From: a bacterium
Lineage (GTDB): Bacteria; SZUA-182; DTGQ01; JAFGSM01
DNA length: 49,939 bases
Direction of reading: 5' to 3'
Assembly (NCBI GenBank): GCA_049472355.1
Contig: JBLIRP010000017.1
Coordinates: forward strand, 1-49,939
In this document: positions 39,380 to 48,443 of the stretch, in pieces
How the letters are laid out: every line of letters begins with the position of its first letter
Numbering within the stretch: position 1 is the first letter of the stretch
Notes under the pieces: generated by a model
What the model was told of the DNA's origin: nothing
The model's database searches: none
Seen by the model: the letters and a program-made list of their open reading frames with translations, nothing else
Program-made: the position numbers and the translations under genes

Positions 39380-42286
39380 CTAAAAAAGCCCCTGGGGGAA
39401 TCCCGTTGAAGGCCTGATTCCCAAGGCTGCCATTCCCATTGCCTTCTCAAGCAGGATCCTTCCCTCCACATAATCGGGCTTGATCCTGAGCGCCTCCTGG
39501 ATGTTTTCGATTGCATCCTGATACGAGCCCAGCATCAGGTGGCTGTACCCGATTCCGTAAAAGGCCTGGAAGTTTTGCGGCTGGCGTCGTGTGACCTCCT
39601 GGTACTCCCGTATCGCCTCCCGGAACCGTTGCTGATTGAAATACGCCACCCCCAGATTAACCCTGGCATCAATATGATCGGGGTCCATCTTCAAAACGTT
39701 TTGATACGCCTCAATGGCCTCGTCGATCTGCCCCTTCCCGAAATAGGCCAAGCCGAGGTTGATGCGGGCCTGCACATTGTCAGGCATCACCGAAAGGGCA
39801 CGGGTATACTGCTCGATCGCCTCATTGAACATGCCCAGATTATAATAGGCGACCCCCAGATTCACCATTGCCTCAACGTTCATGGGGTCGAACTCAAGTG
39901 CCTTCCGGTAGTCTGAGATGGACTGATCGATGAATCCCTTGTGGAATTTCGCTATCCCCATATTCACGTATGCCCCGGGGATGGAGGGGTCGATATTGAG
40001 TGCCCTGGTGTATTCGTAGATCGCCTCGTCGATACGTCCCATGCCGAAATACGCAATCCCCAAGTTGTAATAGGATTCGGCAGAGGTTGGATCGAGGTAT
40101 ATGGACTCCTTGTACTTCTCGATTGCCTCATCGAGCCTTCCCTCTTTGACCAGGAGGGTCCCCAGTGCATTATATGCCTTGGGGATATGGGGATTATGAT
40201 CGATAATCCGCTTGAGCTCCGCATGGGCCTCATCGTGCTTCCCCACCTGTATATACACGGTGGCCAGATTTATCCGTGCCTCGTTGTGATCGGGTTCCCT
40301 TGCCAACGCCTCCATGAAAAGGCCTTCAGCCTCCTCCAGTCTTCCCAGTCCCAGGTAGGCACTTCCCAGGTTGTTATAGGCATCCACGAGGTTCGGATCA
40401 TATTCCAGTGCCTTGCGGATCGGCTCCACTGCCTCGGCAAAGCGATTCCGGGCCACGAAAATACTTCCCATGTTGTTGTATGCCTGGGCGTAGGTAGGCT
40501 CGATCTCGATGGCCTTATGAAAATATCCCATGGCCTTATCAAAATCATTGTTCATATAATACACTACACCCAGATTATCGTACGCCTCGATATAGGTGGG
40601 ATTGAGCTCGATGGACTTGTTAAAGCACTGAATCGCATCCTCAATCCTTCCTATCCTGTTGTAGATCGTGCCGAGGTTGTTATAGGCATTGATGTATTGG
40701 GGATCCAGCCTGATGGCCTCTTTCAGCTCCTCAATCGCCATATCCGTCCATCCCTTTTTGTCGTATACATACCCCAGGACGAAATGGGTGAAGACATCGT
40801 TGGGATTCACCTTGAGGAGGCTCTTGAATTCCTCGATCGCCCTGTCAAAATCCCCGATCATGTAAAAGTACGTCCCCCGGTTCAGGAATTCAAGAAGCCC
40901 GATCATATCCTTGGGATCCGGGTAGGATGCATCCTCCTTTTCGTCACCGATTGAGGCGGTCCACATATAACCGAGGCTCTCCAGCCTGTCCCTGGTGTCC
41001 TTATCAAGGCTCCTCTGGGTCCGATGGGAAAAGCCCTTGTTGGAAAAGCTCTCTATCATGGCGTCCAGGCGACTTTCCATTTCCCGCACCTTTTGAGTGT
41101 TTTTCTCGTAGAGATTGACGGACTCATTTGGGTCCTCCGACAGGTGATACAATTCGGAGCGGGGGGCCCTGATCAACTTCCAGTCCGCGGTGCGTATCCC
41201 CTCCAAGGGACTCCACTTGTGGTTATACAGCGGATAGAAGGTCTCGCAGTACATCTCGAACTCCCTCGCCGGCGGGCCATCCCGCCTTAAAAGGGGCATA
41301 CCGTGAACACCCCCGTTATAGCGAAGACCGGCAAGATCGAGAATGGTGGGAAAGATATCGGTGAGGCAGACCTCCTGATGCACGACCTGACCGGGGGAGA
41401 TGCGCGCGGGATAGCGAAAAATGAGCGGCACGTGGATGGTGGGATCATAAATGAAAATCGCATGGGTCTTTTCTCCATGGTCCCCCAGACCCTCTCCGTG
41501 ATCAGAGGTAAAGCATATCAGTGTCGTGTCGAAGAGATCCATCTCCTTGAGGGCGGAGAAAAGCCTCCCCATGGCCTCATCCACGTACCTGATCTCTCCG
41601 TCATAGAGATTGTGCATATACTCCTCCTTGATCGGGGAGGGAGGATCATAGGGGGCATGGGGATCGAAGCAGTGAATGAATGCGAAAAAGGGGCGGTTAT
41701 CCGCATCATCGATCCACTCGATGGCTGACTCAACCACCTTTTCGGCAGGCCGTTCGTTGTAGAAGAGGACCTTCTGCTCCGACTCGGAATTAAGATGATC
41801 GTCGTACACATCAAACCCCTGATTAAGGCCGAAGCGGGAATCGAGCACAAAGGCACCGATAAAGGCGCCGGTTCTATATCCTGCCTGCTGAAAGATCTCC
41901 GCCAGGGTGGTATTCTCCTCCTCGAGCCTGAATGTTCCATTGTTTCGCACACCGTGTCCAATGGGGAAAAGGCCGGTCATCATCGTTGAATGTGAAGGCA
42001 GGGTGACCGGTACTGCAGAGTATGCCCTTGAAAATCGTATCCCCTCCGAGGCCAAGGCATCGATATGCGGCGTCTTGATCCCTTCATACCCATAGCAGTG
42101 AAGGTGGTCCGCCCTGAGTGTGTCTATGGAGATTAGGATACAATTGACCCGCGATGAAGGGGGAGCGGTGAGCGAAACGGTCGGTTCCGGGATGTGGCGA
42201 CAACCCGGAGCAACCAGAAGGAATAGCGGAAGAAAGACGATTAACACAGTAATGATACGACGATACTCATATGTTACACAATGCAT
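39380..42286 (-). CDS. Sulfatase/alkaline-phosphatase-superfamily protein with a long C-terminal TPR array
   Basis: ISIDTLRADH, TPHIDALA, TLPSH, FDPHAPY, YDGEI, SDHGE; more than ten TPRs (YNNLG/NLG). Start likely 42286 or 42319 given the APGC lipobox-like segment; ORF track 42526. Confidence 0.88.
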   Translation of the reverse strand: MHCVTYEYRRIITVLIVFLPLFLLVAPGCRHIPEPTVSLTAPPSSRVNCILISIDTLRADHLHCYGYEGIKTPHIDALASEGIRFSRAYSAVPVTLPSHSTMMTGLFPIGHGVRNNGTFRLEEENTTLAEIFQQAGYRTGAFIGAFVLDSRFGLNQGFDVYDDHLNSESEQKVLFYNERPAEKVVESAIEWIDDADNRPFFAFIHCFDPHAPYDPPSPIKEEYMHNLYDGEIRYVDEAMGRLFSALKEMDLFDTTLICFTSDHGEGLGDHGEKTHAIFIYDPTIHVPLIFRYPARISPGQVVHQEVCLTDIFPTILDLAGLRYNGGVHGMPLLRRDGPPAREFEMYCETFYPLYNHKWSPLEGIRTADWKLIRAPRSELYHLSEDPNESVNLYEKNTQKVREMESRLDAMIESFSNKGFSHRTQRSLDKDTRDRLESLGYMWTASIGDEKEDASYPDPKDMIGLLEFLNRGTYFYMIGDFDRAIEEFKSLLKVNPNDVFTHFVLGYVYDKKGWTDMAIEELKEAIRLDPQYINAYNNLGTIYNRIGRIEDAIQCFNKSIELNPTYIEAYDNLGVVYYMNNDFDKAMGYFHKAIEIEPTYAQAYNNMGSIFVARNRFAEAVEPIRKALEYDPNLVDAYNNLGSAYLGLGRLEEAEGLFMEALAREPDHNEARINLATVYIQVGKHDEAHAELKRIIDHNPHIPKAYNALGTLLVKEGRLDEAIEKYKESIYLDPTSAESYYNLGIAYFGMGRIDEAIYEYTRALNIDPSIPGAYVNMGIAKFHKGFIDQSISDYRKALEFDPMNVEAMVNLGVAYYNLGMFNEAIEQYTRALSVMPDNVQARINLGLAYFGKGQIDEAIEAYQNVLKMDPDHIDARVNLGVAYFNQQRFREAIREYQEVTRRQPQNFQAFYGIGYSHLMLGSYQDAIENIQEALRIKPDYVEGRILLEKAMGMAALGIRPSTGFPQGLF

Positions 42287-42732
42287 TATATACCCCCATC
42301 GTTGTAATAGGCTTACCATGTTGGCACCATTTTTATTGTTAAAAACAAACGATGATAAAATATTACAAATGATGATAAAATATAAAAATTGTTCATAAAA
42401 AGAACAGGTTAGCTTATTTAGCATACCACACAAGGTCATAAATGACAATATCTTCCTTGTTGTCATTTCATGCGCCTTATGGGCCACGATTCTCAAAGCA
42501 TACTTTGTGCCATATACGCGGTCCATGAAATTTTGATAACCGCAGGGTTATCCACGGAATTTCACCGAGGGTGTGATCGTGCCGTTGTGAAAACTCCGTA
42601 CAGATGTTCATCGGATTGACAATTTTTTGAATGAGAATTTTCGTGAAAAGGGATTCGTAAAAAAAGATATTGACTTTATCGGGCATACATTCTATTCTTT
42701 AGGGATATTTCTTAAGGAACATCTTAGAAGGG

Positions 42733-43581
42733 TTGGTGACCATGGGTAAAAAGAAACGTGAACATTCAGGGAAGGGAAAGCCCGCCGTAAACGAAAGGGA
42801 TCACCTGTCCGTGTGGAGAAAAATCGCCTCGGATCCTGTGCCCTTCATCTTTTTCGGATGCATTATCGGCTCAAAGATCTATTTCTTTATCGATTTCACG
42901 ATCATCAGGGGTAATTTCGCCTACATGCTGAGGCTCATTGAATCCATGAGCAAGGGTGGAGGATTATCCAATGTTCTCATGAACATCATTGCACATTTCA
43001 CCTACAATTGCGTCGCCATCCTCTTTGACGCCCTCATCATTGCCAGCTACATCATCCGATGCGAGCCGGTCAGCAGGGCGGAGGGATTCTGGGAACGCTA
43101 CTATCCCCTTATCACGGTACTGTTTCCCATGCTGGGATTTACACTGCTCCTGATTCCCAACTTCCGTCTCTTTTTTCCGCCCTTCCAGATCGGCAGGCTC
43201 CTCATGCGTTTTGATCTTCCGCTCCTTTTCCCGCTTTTTATTGAGCTTGGCGGATTGCTCATCTCGCTGTTCGGTGCCGCGTTGAGCATTGCCGCACTCT
43301 GGAGCCTTCGGCAATGCTTCAGTCTCATGGCCGAGGTCAGACGCCTGGTGACCACCGGCATGTACCGTCGCATTCGCCATCCGCTGTATATGTCGGAGAT
43401 CACCCATGCATTCGGCACCTCCATCCTCGCGGCGCATCCCGTTGCCCTCGGCATCTTTGTGATCACCCTGTTCCTTGAAATTATTCGGGCGAAAATTGAG
43501 GAGCGCAAGTTCCTTCGGGTAGTTCCGGCCTATGCTGAGTACAAAAAGCGGACCGGATTCCTGTGGCCGAAAATCTGGTAA
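42733..43581 (+). CDS. ICMT/PEMT-family membrane methyltransferase (paralog 1)
   Basis: Multi-TM; FSLMAEVRRLVTTGMYRRIRHPLY...RAKIEERK...YAEYK..TG. Confidence 0.85.
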   Translation: MVTMGKKKREHSGKGKPAVNERDHLSVWRKIASDPVPFIFFGCIIGSKIYFFIDFTIIRGNFAYMLRLIESMSKGGGLSNVLMNIIAHFTYNCVAILFDALIIASYIIRCEPVSRAEGFWERYYPLITVLFPMLGFTLLLIPNFRLFFPPFQIGRLLMRFDLPLLFPLFIELGGLLISLFGAALSIAALWSLRQCFSLMAEVRRLVTTGMYRRIRHPLYMSEITHAFGTSILAAHPVALGIFVITLFLEIIRAKIEERKFLRVVPAYAEYKKRTGFLWPKIW

Positions 43582-43593
43582 GAGGTTCCCGCA

Positions 43594-44412
43594 TTGAAAG
43601 CAGCGTGGCCCGTCATCCTTCCGCGCGTAGTGGCGATTATCAAGAACCGGTGGCCATACGTCTTTTTTCCGATCCTTATCCTTTTCTTCATATACTGGCT
43701 CTTGACACCGAGACAGAGGGAATGGACCAGGGACTACCTCGTACCCGTCCTGTTCTTCCTCGCCCTGGCAGGGCGCACGCTATGGCGTGCAATCAAATTG
43801 TTGCGCAGCACTGCAGCCAAGGGATCATTCGTCGCCCTGCTCTCCGTCAACTACCTTCTCGTCCTTTCCTTCATGGCCCTCACCATATTCAGCTACATCA
43901 TCCGCAGCAAACCGACTCATCGGGCGGTCGGTATCAAAGAAAGGGCATTTCCGCTCTCTGTGGTTCTCTTTCACCTCATCGGTTCCTATCTTATCGCGAC
44001 CCGGACGCAATTTCATTTTCATATCGTGCTGTACATCGGGGGCATCATGCTCTCCATTCTCGGAGTGGCCATTGATTGCCTTGCTATGTGGAGGCTCAGA
44101 CGTTCCTTCAGTATCATGGCGGAGGTGCGGAGCCTCATCACCTCCGGGATCTATGGATGGATACGCCACCCGCTGTATGCAGGTGAACTCATCCATTTCC
44201 TGGGGATCGCATTGGTCTTCAACAACATCCCGACATACGGCATGTGTGCGGTGCTGATCGTGCTGCAATCCATGAGGGCACTGATAGAGGAGCGAAAATT
44301 GACTGCCCATTTTCCCGAATACATGCACTACCGGAAACAGGCGGGATTCTTTTTCCCGAAGCACCGGCGCGTGAAGATGTCACCTTCCGATGGTGTCCTG
44401 TTACCACCATGA
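43594..44412 (+). CDS. ICMT/PEMT-family membrane methyltransferase (paralog 2)
   Basis: FSIMAEVRSLITSGIYGWIRHPLY...RALIEERK...PEYMHYR; TTG start; 3' end overlaps the convergent gene by 12 bp. Confidence 0.85.
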   Translation: MKAAWPVILPRVVAIIKNRWPYVFFPILILFFIYWLLTPRQREWTRDYLVPVLFFLALAGRTLWRAIKLLRSTAAKGSFVALLSVNYLLVLSFMALTIFSYIIRSKPTHRAVGIKERAFPLSVVLFHLIGSYLIATRTQFHFHIVLYIGGIMLSILGVAIDCLAMWRLRRSFSIMAEVRSLITSGIYGWIRHPLYAGELIHFLGIALVFNNIPTYGMCAVLIVLQSMRALIEERKLTAHFPEYMHYRKQAGFFFPKHRRVKMSPSDGVLLPP

Positions 44413-44895
44413 AAACAGGTTTGTCAAGGCAAACATGCTCCCGAAGAGGTCGATCGGCTGGTGGTAGCCAAACAGGGGATGATAGTTGATCCCATATCCC
44501 GACAATGCGGCAGGGCTGAGCCCCCCCGGATTGACCAGCGCATTCTCTACACCGGTCCCGTACACCCCATAGAGATAGCCCAAGTAGCTCATGAGGCCCC
44601 CAGGATAGCCAAGGCCGTATATACCGCCACCGCCGTACAGGCCGCCGTACAGGCCGCCGTACAGGCCGCCATACAGGCCGCCATACAGGCCGCCGTACAG
44701 GCCGCCGTACAAATCCTCGGGATACAATGATGTCTCACCATCGGGATTCGTGCCGACGGCATACAAGGCCGGATTAGCCAGAAAAAGGGACCCCCCGAAA
44801 TAGGCGTCGACGGGGGAAACCATTCCTGCGGCAATAATGAACAACGCCGCTGCTGCAATGACGATACAATAGCCCCACACGGTATGTCTGTCCAT
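44401..44895 (-). CDS. Secreted LYGG-repeat protein
   Basis: Likely start ATG 44895 (SD GAGGAGG; ORF track 44940); signal ending PVDA|YFGG; perfect LYGG run encoded by a 12-bp tandem repeat; ends FSWW. Confidence 0.8.
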   Translation of the reverse strand: MDRHTVWGYCIVIAAAALFIIAAGMVSPVDAYFGGSLFLANPALYAVGTNPDGETSLYPEDLYGGLYGGLYGGLYGGLYGGLYGGLYGGGGIYGLGYPGGLMSYLGYLYGVYGTGVENALVNPGGLSPAALSGYGINYHPLFGYHQPIDLFGSMFALTNLFSWW

Positions 44896-45219
44896 TGTCG
44901 TACCCTCCTCGTCAAAAGGATGAAAATCTAAAAAACGCAAAAACGCAATCGCTCACGTTCCACTACCCTATTTCCCCCAACCTATTGAAAAGTTATCAAC
45001 AAACCAGGGTTTAATGGATCGAGCCGCTATGTGTGTATATCGAAAAGCATAAGATACTGTTTATTATAACATTTTTCCTATAATAATTCAACGGAAACCG
45101 TCTGAAGCCGTCTGATCATATCGACGCCTGTTGAGGTGGACTGAAGGTATGGCGTGTCCACCGTGCCGGAGGGATTCGACCCGTTCATGCGGGCATGATG
45201 GGTATGCATGGAGGGTGAA

Positions 45220-45306
45220 ATGCTCCCCATGTCCGGGGAAGCGGGGAAAATCGGCTATTAACCTGCAATGATGCAGGTAGATGCTTCCCATGTCCGGGGA
45301 AGCGGG
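45220..45306. repeat. Pair of 26-bp hairpin-forming direct repeats
   Basis: ATGCT(C/T)CCCATGTCCGGGGAAGCGGG at 45220 and 45281, separated by 35 bp containing ACCTGCA-ATGA-TGCAGGT. Confidence 0.7.
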
Positions 45307-45319
45307 ACTTCCCCGCGTA

Positions 45320-46627
45320 TCAGCATTCCGTCCGCCGGGAAGCGAATCGTTCGTGAAGTGTTGCGGAAATCTCCTCCAGGGGGATCTCTTCCTGGTTTCC
45401 GGTCCGCATCTGTTTCAGGATGACCGATCCCCGGGCCAATTCATCCTCCCCCACGATGATGGTGTAGAGTGTATCCAGCCGGTCGGCATGCTTCATCTGC
45501 GCCTTGAGGGAGCCTTCCTGAAAGGACATCTCAGCAGGGACCCCAAGCAACCTGAGGTGATGTACCGTGCTGAAGGCACGCCTTTTGGCCTCAGGGCCAA
45601 GGTATGCTATGAATACAAAGCACCCCGCATGCTCGTCCGTCCGGGGGGAGGTCCCGGATAATGCCAGTACGAGCCTCTCCATTCCCAGGGCAAAACCGCA
45701 GGCAGGGGTAGGAGGACCGCCGAACTCCTCGACGAGCCGGTCGTATCTGCCTCCTCCGGCTATGGCATTCTGCGCCCCGAGCAGATGGCTGGTGATTTCG
45801 AACGTGGTCCGGGTATAGTAGTCCAGGCCGCGTACCAGATGCGGATTAAGGATGTAGCGAATCCCCTGCTCGTCCAGTAGCCCTCGTACCCGATCGAAAT
45901 GCAGCGTGCAGTCGTCACAAAGGGTATCGATCACCCGGGGTGCCCGTTCCAGCACCTCTTTGCATGCCGGGTTTTTACAGTCAAGTATCCTGAGGGGATT
46001 CACCTCGAACCTCCTCCGGCAATCCTCACACAGAAGCGATGCTCGCTGCCCTACATACCTTCGTAATACGGTACGAAATCCCTCACGGCAGTCATGACAT
46101 CCCAGCGTATTCACCTGTACCTGAAACGGCTCAGTGTCCCCGGCTCCACTCGTTCCCCAAAGCCTCTTGAACATGGTGAAGAGCAGGATGATCTGCTCCG
46201 CATCCGCCTCCGGCTCCGCAGCGCCGAAGAATTCCGCGCCGATCTGATGGAATTGCCTGGTCCTTCCGGCCTGGGGGCGCTCGTATCGAAACATGGGCCC
46301 CATGTAATAGAGCTTATGCCACCTCGGGTCCATATGCAGGCTGTGCTGCAGATACGCCCGCACCACCGGCGCAGTGCCCTCCGGTCTGAGACTCAAAAGC
46401 TGTCCCTTTTTGTCCGGGAAGGTGTACATCTCCTTGGAGACGATGTCCGTTTCCTCGCCGATGCTGCGGGTGAAAAGGGCTGTCTGCTCGAAGATGGGGG
46501 TCCTGATCTCTTTGTACCCGAAGAGTTCGAGCATGAGACGCGCGGTATGTTCGATCCATTGCCAGACACCAACCTCGGAAGGAAGGATATCGGACACTCC
46601 CCGTACGCTCTTGATCTGCACTGTCAA
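45320..46627 (-). CDS. hisS: Histidine--tRNA ligase
   Basis: TPIFE, KEMY, LRPEGTA, FRYERPQAGR.RQFHQ, LVRGLDYY, GGGRYD, GFALGMER and a C-terminal anticodon domain. Confidence 0.98.
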   Translation of the reverse strand: MTVQIKSVRGVSDILPSEVGVWQWIEHTARLMLELFGYKEIRTPIFEQTALFTRSIGEETDIVSKEMYTFPDKKGQLLSLRPEGTAPVVRAYLQHSLHMDPRWHKLYYMGPMFRYERPQAGRTRQFHQIGAEFFGAAEPEADAEQIILLFTMFKRLWGTSGAGDTEPFQVQVNTLGCHDCREGFRTVLRRYVGQRASLLCEDCRRRFEVNPLRILDCKNPACKEVLERAPRVIDTLCDDCTLHFDRVRGLLDEQGIRYILNPHLVRGLDYYTRTTFEITSHLLGAQNAIAGGGRYDRLVEEFGGPPTPACGFALGMERLVLALSGTSPRTDEHAGCFVFIAYLGPEAKRRAFSTVHHLRLLGVPAEMSFQEGSLKAQMKHADRLDTLYTIIVGEDELARGSVILKQMRTGNQEEIPLEEISATLHERFASRRTEC

Positions 46628-46641
46628 TCAGCCTTCCTCCT

Positions 46642-47370
46642 CTACTTTCCGATCTGCATCCGCAGCCGCTCGACAATCCGTTTCAGGATCTCGAATAGAT
46701 CGAAGTGGTAGCCCGGACTCCACGGCAGGGTCCGCTCATGCGCCACGATCCGGACCGATTCCCGAGAGCATCGGGAGATCTCGATCAAGGAACGGCTGTC
46801 TCTCTCCCCTGCCGCGCGAATGACAAAGGACCCCCGTTCCGTTTGCTGGAGGAAAAAAAGGAGCCGTTCATTGATCATATACTCGATGAGACGTTTGATT
46901 TGAAAGGACACCGGTTCGAGAATACCCGCTATGTCACCCCCTTCGGGCGAAAATACGATCACGGCCTCGCCCTTTCCGGGCTGCTCCACACGATCGATCA
47001 TGCCCGGCATGATCAGGGGATGGGTGTGAATCGGCTGGAGGGGGATCCTTCGGGTACCCGGCTCCCTGCTTCGGGTGGCCAAAATCTCCTTCGGGTTTGG
47101 TGGCTTAGCCAGAGGGTTGAGGGAACGAAGGGATTCCTCATAGTCTTCTTCGGCCTCCCTCAGTTTGCGTGCATCCTCCAACCGCTCTTCCCGCCGCCTT
47201 CTTTTCCAGTCCTCCTCGAAACGTTCAAATCTATCCCACCATTTCTTTTCGTTCTTCTTTTCAGCAACCATGGACAATCCTAATGCGACTTGGATGGGAA
47301 GGTGATTCGCCTCTTTTTTTAGGAAACAAAGGGGGCAACAATCCTTGCCTTTCCGGCACCACCCTGTCAC
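46642..47370 (-). CDS. Hypothetical protein with a charged N-terminal region
   Basis: ORF fills the gap between the BON gene and hisS in the same orientation; start is GTG 47370 (GTGA overlap) or ATG 47271; no family recognised. Confidence 0.65.
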   Translation of the reverse strand: MTGWCRKGKDCCPLCFLKKEANHLPIQVALGLSMVAEKKNEKKWWDRFERFEEDWKRRRREERLEDARKLREAEEDYEESLRSLNPLAKPPNPKEILATRSREPGTRRIPLQPIHTHPLIMPGMIDRVEQPGKGEAVIVFSPEGGDIAGILEPVSFQIKRLIEYMINERLLFFLQQTERGSFVIRAAGERDSRSLIEISRCSRESVRIVAHERTLPWSPGYHFDLFEILKRIVERLRMQIGK

Positions 47371-47729
47371 CTGACCTTGATGTTGTTCTTGACCTTCAAA
47401 ACGCCCTTGACTTCCCGTGCCAACTCGATCGCCCTCTCCGCTTCCCCCTCGGTGCCCACAATGCCTGTCAGGGTCACCTCACCCTCCAGGGTATCGACAT
47501 CGATCTTGAATCCCTTTACCATTGAGTCGGCGATCAATCTGGATTTCACCTTCGTGGTAATAATGCCGTCATCAACCTGTTGCCCCATGGTTCTTTCGTC
47601 CGAGGCGATGATGTATCCCCCTGCCGCGCCGGCACCCACCCACAACGGGGCGCATCCCACGGCGGTGAAGAAGGAAAACATCGAAAGAACGACAATGGCG
47701 GCGGCCCGTTTCACCCCGAAAAGTTTCAT
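47367..47729 (-). CDS. BON-domain lipoprotein (OsmY-like)
   Basis: Lipobox TAVGC; DDGIITTKVKSRL...IDVDT..GEVTLTG.V...A..LA..VKGV..VKN; start ATG 47729 with SD GAGGGG. Confidence 0.9.
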   Translation of the reverse strand: MKLFGVKRAAAIVVLSMFSFFTAVGCAPLWVGAGAAGGYIIASDERTMGQQVDDGIITTKVKSRLIADSMVKGFKIDVDTLEGEVTLTGIVGTEGEAERAIELAREVKGVLKVKNNIKVR

Positions 47730-47852
47730 AAAGCTCCCCCCTCTATCATCTTCATGATAATTCCTTGCCACGATGCATGCCTCATGCATATCCCTGATAA
47801 ATATATATAATTATCCCTGAAAAGTAAACCGGCAAGGCCCTTTTGCAGCCCC

Positions 47853-48443
47853 TTACCGTACCGTTGCCCCCCCCTGGAGTCGAGCCACAAACGGAACAAG
47901 GACCAGCTCGATGAGCACTATGAACCCGAAGACAAGGTGCACCTTTGGGGTGAGCCACTCCGGACTCCACCATGCAAGCACAAAAATAAGAAGCAGTGCC
48001 ACCTGCGTGCCTACCCATATGAAGTACCATAGACCTACCCAGTTTTTTCTGAAGTAACACCCATAGGCAAGCAGCAGGGTGAACGCCCCGAAAAAGATCC
48101 CCAACAGCAGGGGGTATAAATGGGCCGGGTTCAGGAGAAACTGCAGCCCGTGCGCAGGTTTGAACCATTTGACAATGGAGAAAACAAGGACAACGAATCC
48201 ATAGAGAAAAAGACCTGCGGCCATGCCGTAGAGCAAACGCCGATCCACCCCTTGATTCATCCTCTGAAGGCCGATGGCCTTCCACCTGATGGAGCCGGGA
48301 AGCCTTTTATGTTCGGATTGTTTTTTGGGACGTGAGGCCTTCGGCGCCATCAGGGGATGGCCGCACTCACCACAGATCTGCGCCCCGTAGGGATTAAGAA
48401 AATTGCACTTCGGACAATGTCGTGCCATACGCTCCCTCGTCAA
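47853..48443 (-). CDS. Zinc-ribbon membrane protein
   Basis: CPKC...CGECG followed by about four TM segments. Confidence 0.75.
   Translation of the reverse strand: MTRERMARHCPKCNFLNPYGAQICGECGHPLMAPKASRPKKQSEHKRLPGSIRWKAIGLQRMNQGVDRRLLYGMAAGLFLYGFVVLVFSIVKWFKPAHGLQFLLNPAHLYPLLLGIFFGAFTLLLAYGCYFRKNWVGLWYFIWVGTQVALLLIFVLAWWSPEWLTPKVHLVFGFIVLIELVLVPFVARLQGGATVR

Noticed and set aside
39539..40954. Plus-strand ORFs of 125 and 337 aa
   Set aside because: Antisense shadows of the TPR array.
42320..42526. N-terminal extension of the sulfatase-TPR ORF
   Set aside because: AT-rich, promoter-like DNA upstream of the signal/lipobox segment; probably not translated.
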